From Nitrososphaerales archaeon (lineage in GTDB: Archaea > Thermoproteota > Nitrososphaeria > Nitrososphaerales > UBA57): a stretch of DNA of 36,061 bases. A model generated the notes under the pieces. It did no database searches. It was given only the letters and a program-made list of their open reading frames with translations, and was not told where the DNA came from. This document shows, piece after piece, positions 1 through 8,531 of this stretch. A program made the position numbers and the translations under genes. Position 1 is the stretch's first letter; each line of letters begins with the position of its first letter. The stretch is taken from contig JAKUSK010000004.1 of assembly GCA_022449325.1 (NCBI GenBank), positions 1 to 36,061 of the forward strand, written 5' to 3'.

Positions 1-1027
1 CAGATTTAAGTTCACGAATATTTTTAGCGCCAATTAAGAACATAGTTGATTTTAGTTCTAAAACTAATTGATCAATAAAAGTTGTTAATGAATCATATGA
101 TTTAGAAGCAGGAGTGAGCATAGGACGAGCAAAACCTCCAACGTCTGCGCCTAGTGTAATAGATTTAGCAAGATCAAGACCATCACGTAAACCGCCAGAT
201 GCAATAATAGGAGTTTTCACTGAATGTCTAGTGAGAAATATAGTTGCAGCAGTAGGTATGCCCCAATCCCAAAACAAAAGTCCAAGATCAGATTTCTTTT
301 TATTTTTAAATTTCTTTGCGCGTATTTGTTCTATACCAGCCCAACTAGTACCTCCCATACCTGCTACATTAATCGCACCAACTTTTGATTTAGATAATTT
401 TTTAGCAACAGAAGGAGATATACCTGAACCAACTTCTTTAACAATTATAGGTATATCCAAATCAGAAGATAGTTCTTTGATTCGAGACAAGACATTAGAA
501 TAATTTGATTCGCCTTCAGGCTGAACTAGTTCTTGAAGTGGATTAAGGTGAATTGCTAGAGCATCGGCATCAATCATTTTCAATAATTTCGTTATAGATT
601 TATGATTCAATCCTTGAGAAAGTTGTGCGCCGCCGATATTTGAAAAAATAAAGGCATTAGGAGCGTTTTTTCTTACAATTTTAAAGCTTTCAGCAAGATC
701 CTCTGACAATAAACCAGCGCGTTGACTACCAACTCCCATACCAATACCAAATTCTTCGGCAGCCTGAGCTAATCTAGCATTAATCTTTTGAGCAGCAGGA
801 GTTCCACCAGTCATAGAATCAATTAAAAAGGGAAAATTAAAACTATGGCCAAGGAATTTAGTAGAGGTTTTAATGTTGTCAAAATTAATTTCTGGGAGGG
901 CGCAATGTAGAAATTCTACACATTCAAGAAGTGTTGTTTTAGTTAACGCATTAGTATTTTTTAGAGCTAAATCAATTCCTTCTTTTTTACGATCTTCAAT
1001 AATATTCTTCGAACTTTTTTTAGTCAT
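1..1027 (-). CDS. fni: Isopentenyl-diphosphate delta-isomerase, type 2 (FMN-dependent); C-terminus truncated by the window edge
   Basis: Not in the ORF track because it runs off the window. My own minus-strand translation from the ATG at 1027..1025 gives MTKKSSKNIIEDRKKEGIDLALKN...FPFLIDSMTGGTPAAQKINARLAQAAEEFGIGMGVGSQRAG. I found no in-frame stop down to position 2. It lies directly downstream of mvk and ipk. Confidence 0.85.
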   Translation of the reverse strand, partial: MTKKSSKNIIEDRKKEGIDLALKNTNALTKTTLLECVEFLHCALPEINFDNIKTSTKFLGHSFNFPFLIDSMTGGTPAAQKINARLAQAAEEFGIGMGVGSQRAGLLSEDLAESFKIVRKNAPNAFIFSNIGGAQLSQGLNHKSITKLLKMIDADALAIHLNPLQELVQPEGESNYSNVLSRIKELSSDLDIPIIVKEVGSGISPSVAKKLSKSKVGAINVAGMGGTSWAGIEQIRAKKFKNKKKSDLGLLFWDWGIPTAATIFLTRHSVKTPIIASGGLRDGLDLAKSITLGADVGGFARPMLTPASKSYDSLTTFIDQLVLELKSTMFLIGAKNIRELKS

Positions 1028-1122
1028 GGTCTACAACTTCCTTATAATAGCTAGGGGCCACAGAAAGAGCAGGTACAATAACTTCTTTAATCTTCCGAGT
1101 CGCCAATTTTCAGTTTTTTTAG

Positions 1123-1884
1123 TCATACATTATCACCGACAAATAGTGTACCGACATGTTCGCCATTCAAAGCTTTAGATAAATTTTTAATATTCAATCC
1201 ATTAGTAATTTGAACATCGATACCGAGATTAGCGATTTTTAGACTTTGATTGATTTTCGTTTTAATACCACCAGTAACATCATAATGAAGTTTAGAAAAT
1301 TTAAGATTATTCTTATTATTATTAATTATTGGTATCAAACTTGAAACATCTTCAGGATTTTGATAAATACCGTCAATATTTGAAGCAAATATAACACGTT
1401 TAGGATTTAATAATTTACATAGATCATGTACAATAAGATCGCCAGAATGGATATAAAATCCATCATTGGCAATTAATACATCACCAAAAGTTACTGGAAT
1501 TAAATTAAGGGAAATACTTTTTTTAAGAATTTTTTTCCAATCAATTGGAATTTTTTTATTATTATACATCGAAGTGGGGGAAAATGAGAAAGTGTTAACA
1601 TGGTTTTCATGGAATATTTTAATGATTTTTTGGTTTAATAATTGCATAGAATCACGAATTTTAACAACGTGTTTTGTGGATTTAGTTGGCTTGTCAGATA
1701 TTCTATAACGTTTAGCGTAATAATGGCCGAATGAACCCGCACCATGAACAATAATTAGAGGTTCTTTGAATTTCTTAACTACGTTAGATAAGTTGCGTAC
1801 TGAATTAGCATCGAATGTAAGGGGTCTGGACTTTTTTGTGACTACAGAGCCACCTAATTTTAGTATTGTTAATTTATTGACCAT
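1123..1884 (-). CDS. ipk: Isopentenyl phosphate kinase (amino-acid-kinase fold)
   Basis: Motifs LKLGGSVVTKK and IVHGAGSFGH. 253 aa. Overlaps the mvk stop by 16 nt. Conserved archaeal mvk-ipk-idi2 context. Confidence 0.85.
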   Translation of the reverse strand: MVNKLTILKLGGSVVTKKSRPLTFDANSVRNLSNVVKKFKEPLIIVHGAGSFGHYYAKRYRISDKPTKSTKHVVKIRDSMQLLNQKIIKIFHENHVNTFSFSPTSMYNNKKIPIDWKKILKKSISLNLIPVTFGDVLIANDGFYIHSGDLIVHDLCKLLNPKRVIFASNIDGIYQNPEDVSSLIPIINNNKNNLKFSKLHYDVTGGIKTKINQSLKIANLGIDVQITNGLNIKNLSKALNGEHVGTLFVGDNV

Positions 1885-2807
1885 ACTTTTACACCTTGTT
1901 GTGGGAGTTTTACAGAAAATGTTTCAAAGTTCATGTTGTTCAATTCATTAACAATCATACCAATATGTCGTGAAGGTGAGATAGCTATTATTGAACCTCC
2001 ACCTCCTCCACCAGTAATTTTAGCTCCATATGAACCCAATTCCAAACATTTCTCAATTAGATTATCAGTTGGTAAAGAACTTAATCCAAGAGAATTTAGA
2101 GTAGAGTTAAAGAAATTAAAATAGGAACCTACAGATACGTAATCTTTTTTTGATAGTGCGGACAATGTTTTTTTAGTTAAGGTATTAGATGAATCTACAA
2201 GACTAAGGAATGTTGAGGGTTTATCATTTCTAAGATTAGCGAATTTATTTATCATATTTGATGTTTTTCTGCGTTTACCGCTAATTGAGACGATTAATTC
2301 TGGATTATGTTTTAGAGTAATTCGTTTAGGAACAGAATCTTTACGAAAAGAAATTAAACCTCCCATAATACTCGCTGCAACGTCTATTCCAGAGGGGTTT
2401 CCATGAATTTTTTTCTCTCCATACATAGCAAGATCAAATAGGGTCTTTCGGTCGAGTTTAGTATTAAAGAGTGAGGCAACAGATGCTGCAGTAGCCACAC
2501 ATAATGCACTTGAAGAACCTAAACCTGAACCACGTGGAATTCCAGAATCGATAGTAATTGATAATGTACTCTTTTTACGTAAATATTCAAGAGTTTTATT
2601 ACGAACGATATAAACGGGGTCATTTTTTATATTATAATTAGTAGAATGAATTCTTTGATTTTTATAAGAGATAGCATTATTAGAAGAAAAACTACTTGTG
2701 ACACGGATTTTCTTATTTATTGCAGCTGCCAGTGCTTGTGCGCCATGAACGACAAAATGTTCCCCCGTAAGAATAATTTTTCCTGGGGCTTCTGCGATTG
2801 AAATCAA
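1869..2807 (-). CDS. mvk: Mevalonate kinase (GHMP kinase)
   Basis: N-terminal APGKIILTGEHFVVHG, GHMP motif PRGSGLGSSSA, C-terminal glycine-rich KITGGGGGGS. Confidence 0.9.
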   Translation of the reverse strand: MISIAEAPGKIILTGEHFVVHGAQALAAAINKKIRVTSSFSSNNAISYKNQRIHSTNYNIKNDPVYIVRNKTLEYLRKKSTLSITIDSGIPRGSGLGSSSALCVATAASVASLFNTKLDRKTLFDLAMYGEKKIHGNPSGIDVAASIMGGLISFRKDSVPKRITLKHNPELIVSISGKRRKTSNMINKFANLRNDKPSTFLSLVDSSNTLTKKTLSALSKKDYVSVGSYFNFFNSTLNSLGLSSLPTDNLIEKCLELGSYGAKITGGGGGGSIIAISPSRHIGMIVNELNNMNFETFSVKLPQQGVKVWSIN

Positions 2808-2874
2808 ATTACTATAAAGAATACATTACAACAATAAAAATCAGCAGGTAATGATAATAAGAAAATGAATGTAA

Positions 2875-3537
2875 TTATTCGTCGTCGACTAATTTTGTCT
2901 CGAAATCTTCAATTGAGTAGGACATGGATTCATCTGAAGATAATTTACCTGAGTGTTGAAGGACAGAACGCGATAACAACCACATAACTGCAGCCAAGGC
3001 TTTTCTACCTCTATTATTAGCTGGAATAACAACATCAACATTCTCAGTAAGATTGTCTGTATCACAAATAGCAATAACTGGAACACCAACTTGTGTAGCT
3101 TCAATAACAGCTTGTTGATCCATTGAAGGGTCAGTTACGATAACTGCTTCAGGATCTAAATGTTTAGGATAAAGTGGATTAGTAAAAGTACCTGGCATGA
3201 ATCTTCCAGTTAAAGGAATAGTTCCAGTTAACTCAGTAAATTTTGCCACAGGTGTTTTTCCATATTCACGTGACGAATAAACAACAATACGGGATAAATC
3301 AAGATTAGAAACAAATTTAGCAGCTAATTCAATACGCTGTAATGTTTTAGCAACATCGATTATATGAAGTCCATCAGGACGTGTTCGACTGATAAAACTA
3401 GCCATTGATTTAGTTTTAACGAGTGTGCCTACACGTATTCCAGTAGACAGTAAGACTTGCTCAGAAACATCTTTAGTAACAGAACTGTCTAAACTTTCTG
3501 TGCTTTCTAAATCTTCGGTTTCAAAGTTAACTGACAT
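2875..3537 (-). CDS. rps2: 30S ribosomal protein uS2
   Basis: LLSTGIRVGT...PDGLHIIDVAKT...VIVTDP...AICDTD, typical of uS2. I prefer the ATG at 3537 (MSVNFETED...) to the longer track ORF start at 3555. Downstream of enolase, as in other archaea. Confidence 0.9.
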   Translation of the reverse strand: MSVNFETEDLESTESLDSSVTKDVSEQVLLSTGIRVGTLVKTKSMASFISRTRPDGLHIIDVAKTLQRIELAAKFVSNLDLSRIVVYSSREYGKTPVAKFTELTGTIPLTGRFMPGTFTNPLYPKHLDPEAVIVTDPSMDQQAVIEATQVGVPVIAICDTDNLTENVDVVIPANNRGRKALAAVMWLLSRSVLQHSGKLSSDESMSYSIEDFETKLVDDE

Positions 3538-4792
3538 ATTTTTTAACCCTCGCAATAGGCATCGACATGTTATTATTTATAAAGTTAGTTTCCTCAATTC
3601 TAAGTAATTCATTTAGTTTAGAGATTCTTTCACCACCGACAACTCCACTTTTCATCATCACTGAACCAGAACCAATAGCAATGTGGGCTAGATGTGGATC
3701 AACTGTATCACCTGAACGATGAGATGCAATAATAGCATAATTATTTTGATTACATGAATTAGCAAATTCCATTGCGTCGCCCAATGCTCCTGCCTGATTT
3801 ACTTTCAGAATTACAGCATTGCCAGCATTTTGATCTATACCTTTTTGAAGTATAGAGGTATTTGTTACAAATAAATCGTCTCCAACAATGAGGCAATTAT
3901 CATTTTTAGAAGATAGTTCAGTAAAATCAGAGAAAGCCTCTTCATGAAGAGGATCTTCTACATAAATTAGATTATATTTTTCAATCAATTCAAGAACATA
4001 AGAAATTTGTTCCTCTGTATTACGAGATTTATTTTCACGAGAATAAACATAAAGTTCTTTATCAGGAATCCAAAGAGAAGAAGAAGCAACATCAAGACCT
4101 AATCGAATTTCGAATCCAACTGCGTCTGAGACAGTATTAATAGCTTCTTGGGCAACTTCAAGTGCTTCAGTGTTAGATAATTGTGGAGCCCATGCGCCTT
4201 CGTCGCCTTTACCGCCAGAGAATTTTGAATCTTTTTTATCAATAATTTTTTTGATTTCTTTATGAACTAGAAGATTAGCTTGGATACCAGAATGTATCGA
4301 ATCAGCTCCAAGAGGATAAGAAAGGAATTCTTGAATATCAGTTGAACCATTTCCTGCATGCATTCCACCGCCAAGAACATTTCCCAAAGGAAGTGGCATT
4401 TCGGCAGGCTTTCCGTTAAGAAGGATTTCATAAATTGGTTTATCTAGAATTTGTGAAGCTGCATCAATAGATGCAAGAGATATTGCATATGCAGCAGAAC
4501 CACCTATGTTGGAATAGTTATCAGTTTTATCCGCGTCTTTTAGGATGTTCTTAAGAGTAAAAATATCAGAACTATCTGCACCAATTAAATGAGATTTATA
4601 TTCATTAAGATAATCAATGGTGTCCTTGCATTGTGAGTTTCTAAAGGAAACTGCCTCAAATTTACCAACGCTAGCGCCAGCAGGAGATGATGCAGTACCA
4701 ATTGTGTCGCCTACATGCACGTCAACTTCTATGGTTTCGCTACCTCGACTATTATAGATTAAACGAGATTTGATATCAGTAATTTTTGTCAT
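3527..4792 (-). CDS. eno: Enolase (phosphopyruvate hydratase)
   Basis: ITDIKSRLIYNSRGSETIEVDV N-terminus, ...DDLFVTN..., ILKVNQAG, ASHRSGDT motifs. 421 aa. Confidence 0.95.
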   Translation of the reverse strand: MTKITDIKSRLIYNSRGSETIEVDVHVGDTIGTASSPAGASVGKFEAVSFRNSQCKDTIDYLNEYKSHLIGADSSDIFTLKNILKDADKTDNYSNIGGSAAYAISLASIDAASQILDKPIYEILLNGKPAEMPLPLGNVLGGGMHAGNGSTDIQEFLSYPLGADSIHSGIQANLLVHKEIKKIIDKKDSKFSGGKGDEGAWAPQLSNTEALEVAQEAINTVSDAVGFEIRLGLDVASSSLWIPDKELYVYSRENKSRNTEEQISYVLELIEKYNLIYVEDPLHEEAFSDFTELSSKNDNCLIVGDDLFVTNTSILQKGIDQNAGNAVILKVNQAGALGDAMEFANSCNQNNYAIIASHRSGDTVDPHLAHIAIGSGSVMMKSGVVGGERISKLNELLRIEETNFINNNMSMPIARVKKYVS

Positions 4793-4821
4793 AGATTAGG
4801 ATTTTCCTCTCAGATACATTA

Positions 4822-5052
4822 TTATGTTAAATCAAATTCCAGTCTTTTATCATGGACGCTGTCATGATACTGTATGATTTGATCAATAACGTCAGAATTA
4901 GACAGTAACATTCGTCTACAGCAATAACGAGTAATTTTAAGATCGTCAAGAATTTTTGCTGGGCTTTCTCCATCAGAGGTTCGAGACTCTAAAATTTCAA
5001 GTTTGTCAGCAATAACGCTTCCACAACTAAAACAACGAACTGGAATAATCAA
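4822..5052 (-). CDS. rpoN: DNA-directed RNA polymerase subunit N (Rpo10)
   Basis: MIIPVRCFSCGSVI zinc motif and RYCCRRMLLSN signature. Confidence 0.9.
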   Translation of the reverse strand: MIIPVRCFSCGSVIADKLEILESRTSDGESPAKILDDLKITRYCCRRMLLSNSDVIDQIIQYHDSVHDKRLEFDLT

Positions 5053-5070
5053 AAAATGAACACCAACAAC

Positions 5071-5475
5071 CTATCTATATGATTTCTGTTTTCTTCGTCT
5101 TGCACCAGGACCGCCAAATTTCTTCGATTCACTACGACGAGAATCACCAGAAAGAAGATGTTGATCGTAATCGGAAATTTTAGTTTTAATTTCTTTAGTC
5201 TTAATATGTGAAATGATTGCACGAGACATTGCAATTGCACAGGCTTCTGCTTGTCCCATATATCCTCCACCAGAAACTCGTATGTTTATATCAACTTTAT
5301 TTCGGTGATCGCCAATTAATTCAAGTGGAGTTAACATACGTTCACGTGCCATTAATGGAGTAACAATTTCAACAGGTGTTTTATTTATGAATACTTTACC
5401 AGTACCAGCAGTAATTACAGCAGTAGCTTTAGCTGTTTTTCTGGAAGCTGGAATTAATTTGGATTTCTTTTTCAT
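5071..5475 (-). CDS. rps9: 30S ribosomal protein uS9
   Basis: C-terminal ...GGPGARRRKQKSYR and GGGYMGQAEA motif. Start chosen at the ATG at 5475 (MKKKSKLIPAS), which forms an ATGA overlap with the uL13 stop. Confidence 0.9.
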   Translation of the reverse strand: MKKKSKLIPASRKTAKATAVITAGTGKVFINKTPVEIVTPLMARERMLTPLELIGDHRNKVDINIRVSGGGYMGQAEACAIAMSRAIISHIKTKEIKTKISDYDQHLLSGDSRRSESKKFGGPGARRRKQKSYR

Positions 5476-5924
5476 TCTACTTTTCTCCATCCCATAGATG
5501 AACATAATTCACCAATCGTAGTATAATAAGATAGTGACCTTCTGGCCAATGCTGTATCAATAGTTTTATGTTCGGATTTTTGATATTTTTCAGGAACTGA
5601 GATATATACTCGAAGAAGTTTTTTGGCAGCATTGCCTTTTGGTTTTTTATAAGGAAGCATACCTCTAACCATTTTTTCCATATAGGTATCAGGACGTCTA
5701 GGATGAAAAGGGCCGTGTTTTGGATGTACACGACTAGTTATTTCCAATCTCAATTCATTTTCTTTGAGAATATTAGCACGACTACCTGACATAAGAATTT
5801 TTTCAGCGTTAACTAGGATAACACGATTGCCATTTAGGAGCATTTTTGCGATAACTGAGCACAAACGTCCAGCTAGATGTTTATCGCCATTAATTACAAC
5901 AGTAGATTCGGAATCAGCCAACAA
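5472..5924 (-). CDS. rpl13: 50S ribosomal protein uL13
   Basis: VVINGDKHLAGRLCSVIAKMLLNG...MLPYKKPKG, typical of uL13. Conserved position between L18e and uS9. Confidence 0.9.
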   Translation of the reverse strand: MLADSESTVVINGDKHLAGRLCSVIAKMLLNGNRVILVNAEKILMSGSRANILKENELRLEITSRVHPKHGPFHPRRPDTYMEKMVRGMLPYKKPKGNAAKKLLRVYISVPEKYQKSEHKTIDTALARRSLSYYTTIGELCSSMGWRKVE

Positions 5925-6246
5925 AGATTTTTACACCTTTTCCATCAGGATTAGTTTCAACAAGTTTTTCAATTAACATAACTGTTCCACCGGCATTTTT
6001 AATTTTTACTTTTGCAGTTTCAGAAAAAGAAACAGCGCCAATAGTAATCGAATGTTCGATTACACCTGCGCCCAGAACTTTACCAGGAACTGCTATTACA
6101 TCACCGGTTTTTGTAACTCTAGATAAGTTACCAACATTAATTTCATGATCGTGTTCGAGTTTTTGTACAATATTAGTCCAGACTTTTGCATGAGTTTTAC
6201 GAGCAACGCGTTTTATTGATTCAATTCGATAATCATTAAAGGTCAT
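5914..6246 (-). CDS. rpl18e: 50S ribosomal protein L18e (eL18)
   Basis: INVGNLSRVTKTGDVIAVPGKVLGAG pattern. 110 aa. Lies between rpoD and rpl13. Confidence 0.85.
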   Translation of the reverse strand: MTFNDYRIESIKRVARKTHAKVWTNIVQKLEHDHEINVGNLSRVTKTGDVIAVPGKVLGAGVIEHSITIGAVSFSETAKVKIKNAGGTVMLIEKLVETNPDGKGVKIFVG

Positions 6247-6881
6247 TTTACATTCTCCTGGATTGATTGATTCATATCCTTCAGTTTTGTATTTAATATA
6301 CTTGTAGCTTGCAAGAGAATTTCATTGGCAGGTAAACTTCCTGTTGATTCGAGTGTAAGATGAAATTCAGAATCATTATCAGTATCAGTAAGTGTGGAGA
6401 TTGTAACAGGTTGCCATTTAGCATGATGACGTCCTTTACCGAGTTTAGCATAAGCCTCTAATTTAATTTTTTGACTTGGTGCAAGCTTAATGATTGGAAT
6501 GTTATCAACGTAAGGTTTTACACGAGTGTCTTCAGATACTAAATCTCCAGAATAAATTGTCTTAACTTCATCAGTAGCAACAGCATCAAGAACTAAAAGA
6601 ACACGACATTTAGTACAGCCTAAAGATGTTTTACAATCACAGTCTTGTGGAAGTATGTATCCTTCTAAATCAGTTGTTAAAGGAATGAGTCCAAGACGAT
6701 GAGCAAGGATTTCGTCATATAAAACAGAAGAATTTTCATGAATTACAATTTCGTCGATAGCCATACATGGGACTTCGCTAATAGCAAAGCGTCTAAGAGC
6801 ATTAGCATATACTCTATCTATACCCTTGAGTAGGAGCTTCACGTGTGAGTCAGACGACTCTAAGATTTTAATGGTTGCCAA
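6243..6881 (-). CDS. rpoD: DNA-directed RNA polymerase subunit D (Rpo3)
   Basis: ANALRRFAISEVPCMAIDEIVIHENSSVLYDEILAHRLGLIPL is the RpoA/Rpb3/D dimerisation-domain signature. Compact CxCx6CxxC cysteine cluster. Apparent TTG start. Confidence 0.9.
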   Translation of the reverse strand: MATIKILESSDSHVKLLLKGIDRVYANALRRFAISEVPCMAIDEIVIHENSSVLYDEILAHRLGLIPLTTDLEGYILPQDCDCKTSLGCTKCRVLLVLDAVATDEVKTIYSGDLVSEDTRVKPYVDNIPIIKLAPSQKIKLEAYAKLGKGRHHAKWQPVTISTLTDTDNDSEFHLTLESTGSLPANEILLQATSILNTKLKDMNQSIQENVK

Positions 6882-6984
6882 TTTATGTCACCGTAATACC
6901 TTAGTAAACGCAGAATATTGTAATTAAAACCTTATCATTTTTCGATAAAGATTAATTAGAGGCATTATCTACATAATTATAAAA

Positions 6985-7449
6985 TTGTCGACCGAATTCA
7001 AGTACATAGTAAGAATATTAGGCAGAGACGTCAGTGGTACGAAGAAAGTCATACAGGCTCTCTCCAATATCAAAGGAATTGGCAACAATTTAGCCCATTA
7101 TATCGTGAAATCATTAGAAATAGACAGAGAGTTGAGAATGGGTATGCTTTCAGATGAACAAATTAATGCTATTGAAGAAAATATCAAAAATATAGATAAA
7201 AAATATCCTGAATTTAATTTAAATCGTCAAAAAGATATGCAAACTGGTGAGAATCAACATGTTATTGAAACTGATTTAATTGTATCTAAAAAACAAGATA
7301 TTGACTTGGAAAGAATTTTACAGAGTTGGAGAGGAACAAGACACTCATTAAACTTGAAAGTAAGAGGGCAAAGAACTAGATGTACAGGAAGAGCAGGAAA
7401 AGTAGTAGGAGTACGTAAATCAACTCTAAAACCAGGAAAGGCGAGTTAG
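6985..7449 (+). CDS. rps13: 30S ribosomal protein uS13
   Basis: FKYIVRILGRDVSGTKKV..L..IKGIG...WRGTRHSLNLKVRGQRTR. TTG start as given in the track. Confidence 0.9.
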   Translation: MSTEFKYIVRILGRDVSGTKKVIQALSNIKGIGNNLAHYIVKSLEIDRELRMGMLSDEQINAIEENIKNIDKKYPEFNLNRQKDMQTGENQHVIETDLIVSKKQDIDLERILQSWRGTRHSLNLKVRGQRTRCTGRAGKVVGVRKSTLKPGKAS

Positions 7450-7453
7450 ATAA

Positions 7454-8101
7454 ATGGGAGATCCAAAATATTCAAGAAAAAAGTCGGCGCGACCTCGAAA
7501 CCCTTGGCAACGAAATTTATTAAAAGAAGAATTAGAATTAGTTGGTAGTTTTGGTTTAAGAAATAAAAAAGAACTTCATGTTGCGTCAACAGAGTTATCT
7601 AGAATTAGAAAACAAGCTAGGCAACTTCTGGCTGCAACAACAGAAATTAGAACAGCAAGAGAACCAATTTTATTAACATCATTATCAAGGAAAGGAATTG
7701 TCACTGATGATGCAACGTTAGATAATGTATTAGCACTTAATGTTTCTAGTTTTTTGGAAAGAAGATTACAAACAGTAGTATTAAGAAAAGGATTAGCAAG
7801 AACACCTCATCAAGCAAGACAATTAATTACACATGGACATATAGCAATAGGAAACAATAGAGTAAACATACCAAGTTATACGGTAACACGGGATGAAGAA
7901 CCATTAGTAAAGATGACCGATGGAAGTACATTTGTGCTGCAGGAGATAGCAGTTCCAGAGCCAAAAAGTGATACGTATGGAAATCCAGATGAAAAAGAAG
8001 AATTAGAATCAAAGGAAAAACCTGTTGAAGAAAAGACTGAAGCTAAAGAGGAAATAGAAGAAAAGACTGAAGCTAAAGAGGATGTAAAAGAAAATGAGTA
8101 G
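7454..8101 (+). CDS. rps4: 30S ribosomal protein uS4 with about 40-aa acidic Glu/Lys-rich C-terminal extension
   Basis: [10 protein letters not shown]...LERRLQTVV...[22 protein letters not shown] (S4 domain). The tail is ...[36 protein letters not shown]. Confidence 0.9.
   Translation: MGDPKYSRKKSARPRNPWQRNLLKEELELVGSFGLRNKKELHVASTELSRIRKQARQLLAATTEIRTAREPILLTSLSRKGIVTDDATLDNVLALNVSSFLERRLQTVVLRKGLARTPHQARQLITHGHIAIGNNRVNIPSYTVTRDEEPLVKMTDGSTFVLQEIAVPEPKSDTYGNPDEKEELESKEKPVEEKTEAKEEIEEKTEAKEDVKENE
8027..8082 (+). repeat. Tandem 30-nt duplication inside the uS4 tail (26-nt perfect copies at 8027-8052 and 8057-8082)
   Basis: gaagaaaagactgaagctaaagagga occurs twice with a 30-nt period, encoding [10 protein letters not shown] / [10 protein letters not shown]. 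Confidence 0.9.
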
Positions 8102-8495
8102 TTCAGACGTATCAAAAAAATGGGGAATCGTACATATTTTTAGTAGTTATAATAACACAATTGTTCATATAACCGATTTAAGTGGTTCAGAAACGATTGC
8201 AATAAGTTCTGGTGGAAGACATGTTAAAGCGGACAGGTTCCAAGCAACGCCATATGCAGCTATGAAAGCTGCTCAAGCTGCAGCAGAAACTGCTAGATCA
8301 AAAGGAATTGAACATCTTCATATCAGAGTTCGTGCAGTGGGTGGAGTAGGTGGAAGAACTCCAGGACCAGGAGCTCAAGCAGTAATCAGAGCAATTGCAA
8401 GAGGCGGATTTAGAGTAGGAAAAATTGAAGATGTTACACCGATTCCTCATGATACCACTAGAAAAGCTGGCGGTAGAAGAGGAAGAAGAGCATAG
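8094..8495 (+). CDS. rps11: 30S ribosomal protein uS11
   Basis: [19 protein letters not shown]...[15 protein letters not shown]...[20 protein letters not shown]. 8-nt overlap with rps4. Confidence 0.9.
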   Translation: MSSSDVSKKWGIVHIFSSYNNTIVHITDLSGSETIAISSGGRHVKADRFQATPYAAMKAAQAAAETARSKGIEHLHIRVRAVGGVGGRTPGPGAQAVIRAIARGGFRVGKIEDVTPIPHDTTRKAGGRRGRRA

Positions 8496-8531
8496 TCTTT
8501 TATCTGTTAACATAGCTTCAAGATTTTAATT

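Noticed and set aside
1031-1033. In-frame TAG between the micro-ORF and idi2 as a pyrrolysine or programmed readthrough codon
   Set aside because: There is no evidence for Pyl machinery in this lineage, and idi2 has a normal-looking N-terminus from the 1027 ATG. The observation is kept only as a low-interest note.
114-1178. Plus-strand track ORFs 114..503 and 873..1178
   Set aside because: They lie antisense to a minus-strand reading frame that translates into an unmistakable type-2 IPP isomerase. Their products are low-complexity with no motifs.
1466-2124. Plus-strand ORFs 1466..1708, 1766..1951, 1933..2124
   Set aside because: Antisense to ipk and mvk, which have clear family motifs. These are typical shadow ORFs of an AT-rich genome.
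2889-3607. ORFs 2889..3104 (-) and 3425..3607 (+)
   Set aside because: They are alternative-frame or antisense ORFs inside rps2 and the eno 3' end, with no motifs.
5049-5976. ORFs 5049..5270 (-), 5477..5731 (-), 5764..5976 (+)
   Set aside because: They fall inside rps9/rpl13 in other frames or on the opposite strand. The ribosomal-protein frames are unambiguous.
6243-6881. The four-Cys cluster in RpoD (CDCKTSLGCTKC) as a novel Fe-S site
   Set aside because: Cysteine clusters (Zn loop or Fe-S domain) are a known feature of archaeal subunit D and eukaryotic Rpb3, so this is not unusual.
6974-6981. TTATAAAA as the rps13 TATA box
   Set aside because: It lies only about 4 nt from the TTG start, too close for an archaeal TATA (about -26). 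The ATAAAGATTAATTA stretch at about 6946-6960 is better placed, but I did not feel able to call it.
7827-8513. Minus-strand ORFs 7827..8012, 7876..8115, 8298..8513
   Set aside because: Antisense to rps4/rps11. The Ser/Phe-rich product of 7876..8115 is simply the complement of the Glu/Lys repeat.
8496-8531. Possible glmS ribozyme/riboswitch upstream of glmS
   Set aside because: The spacer is only 36 nt, and the glmS ribozyme is a bacterial element of about 170 nt. No structure is evident.
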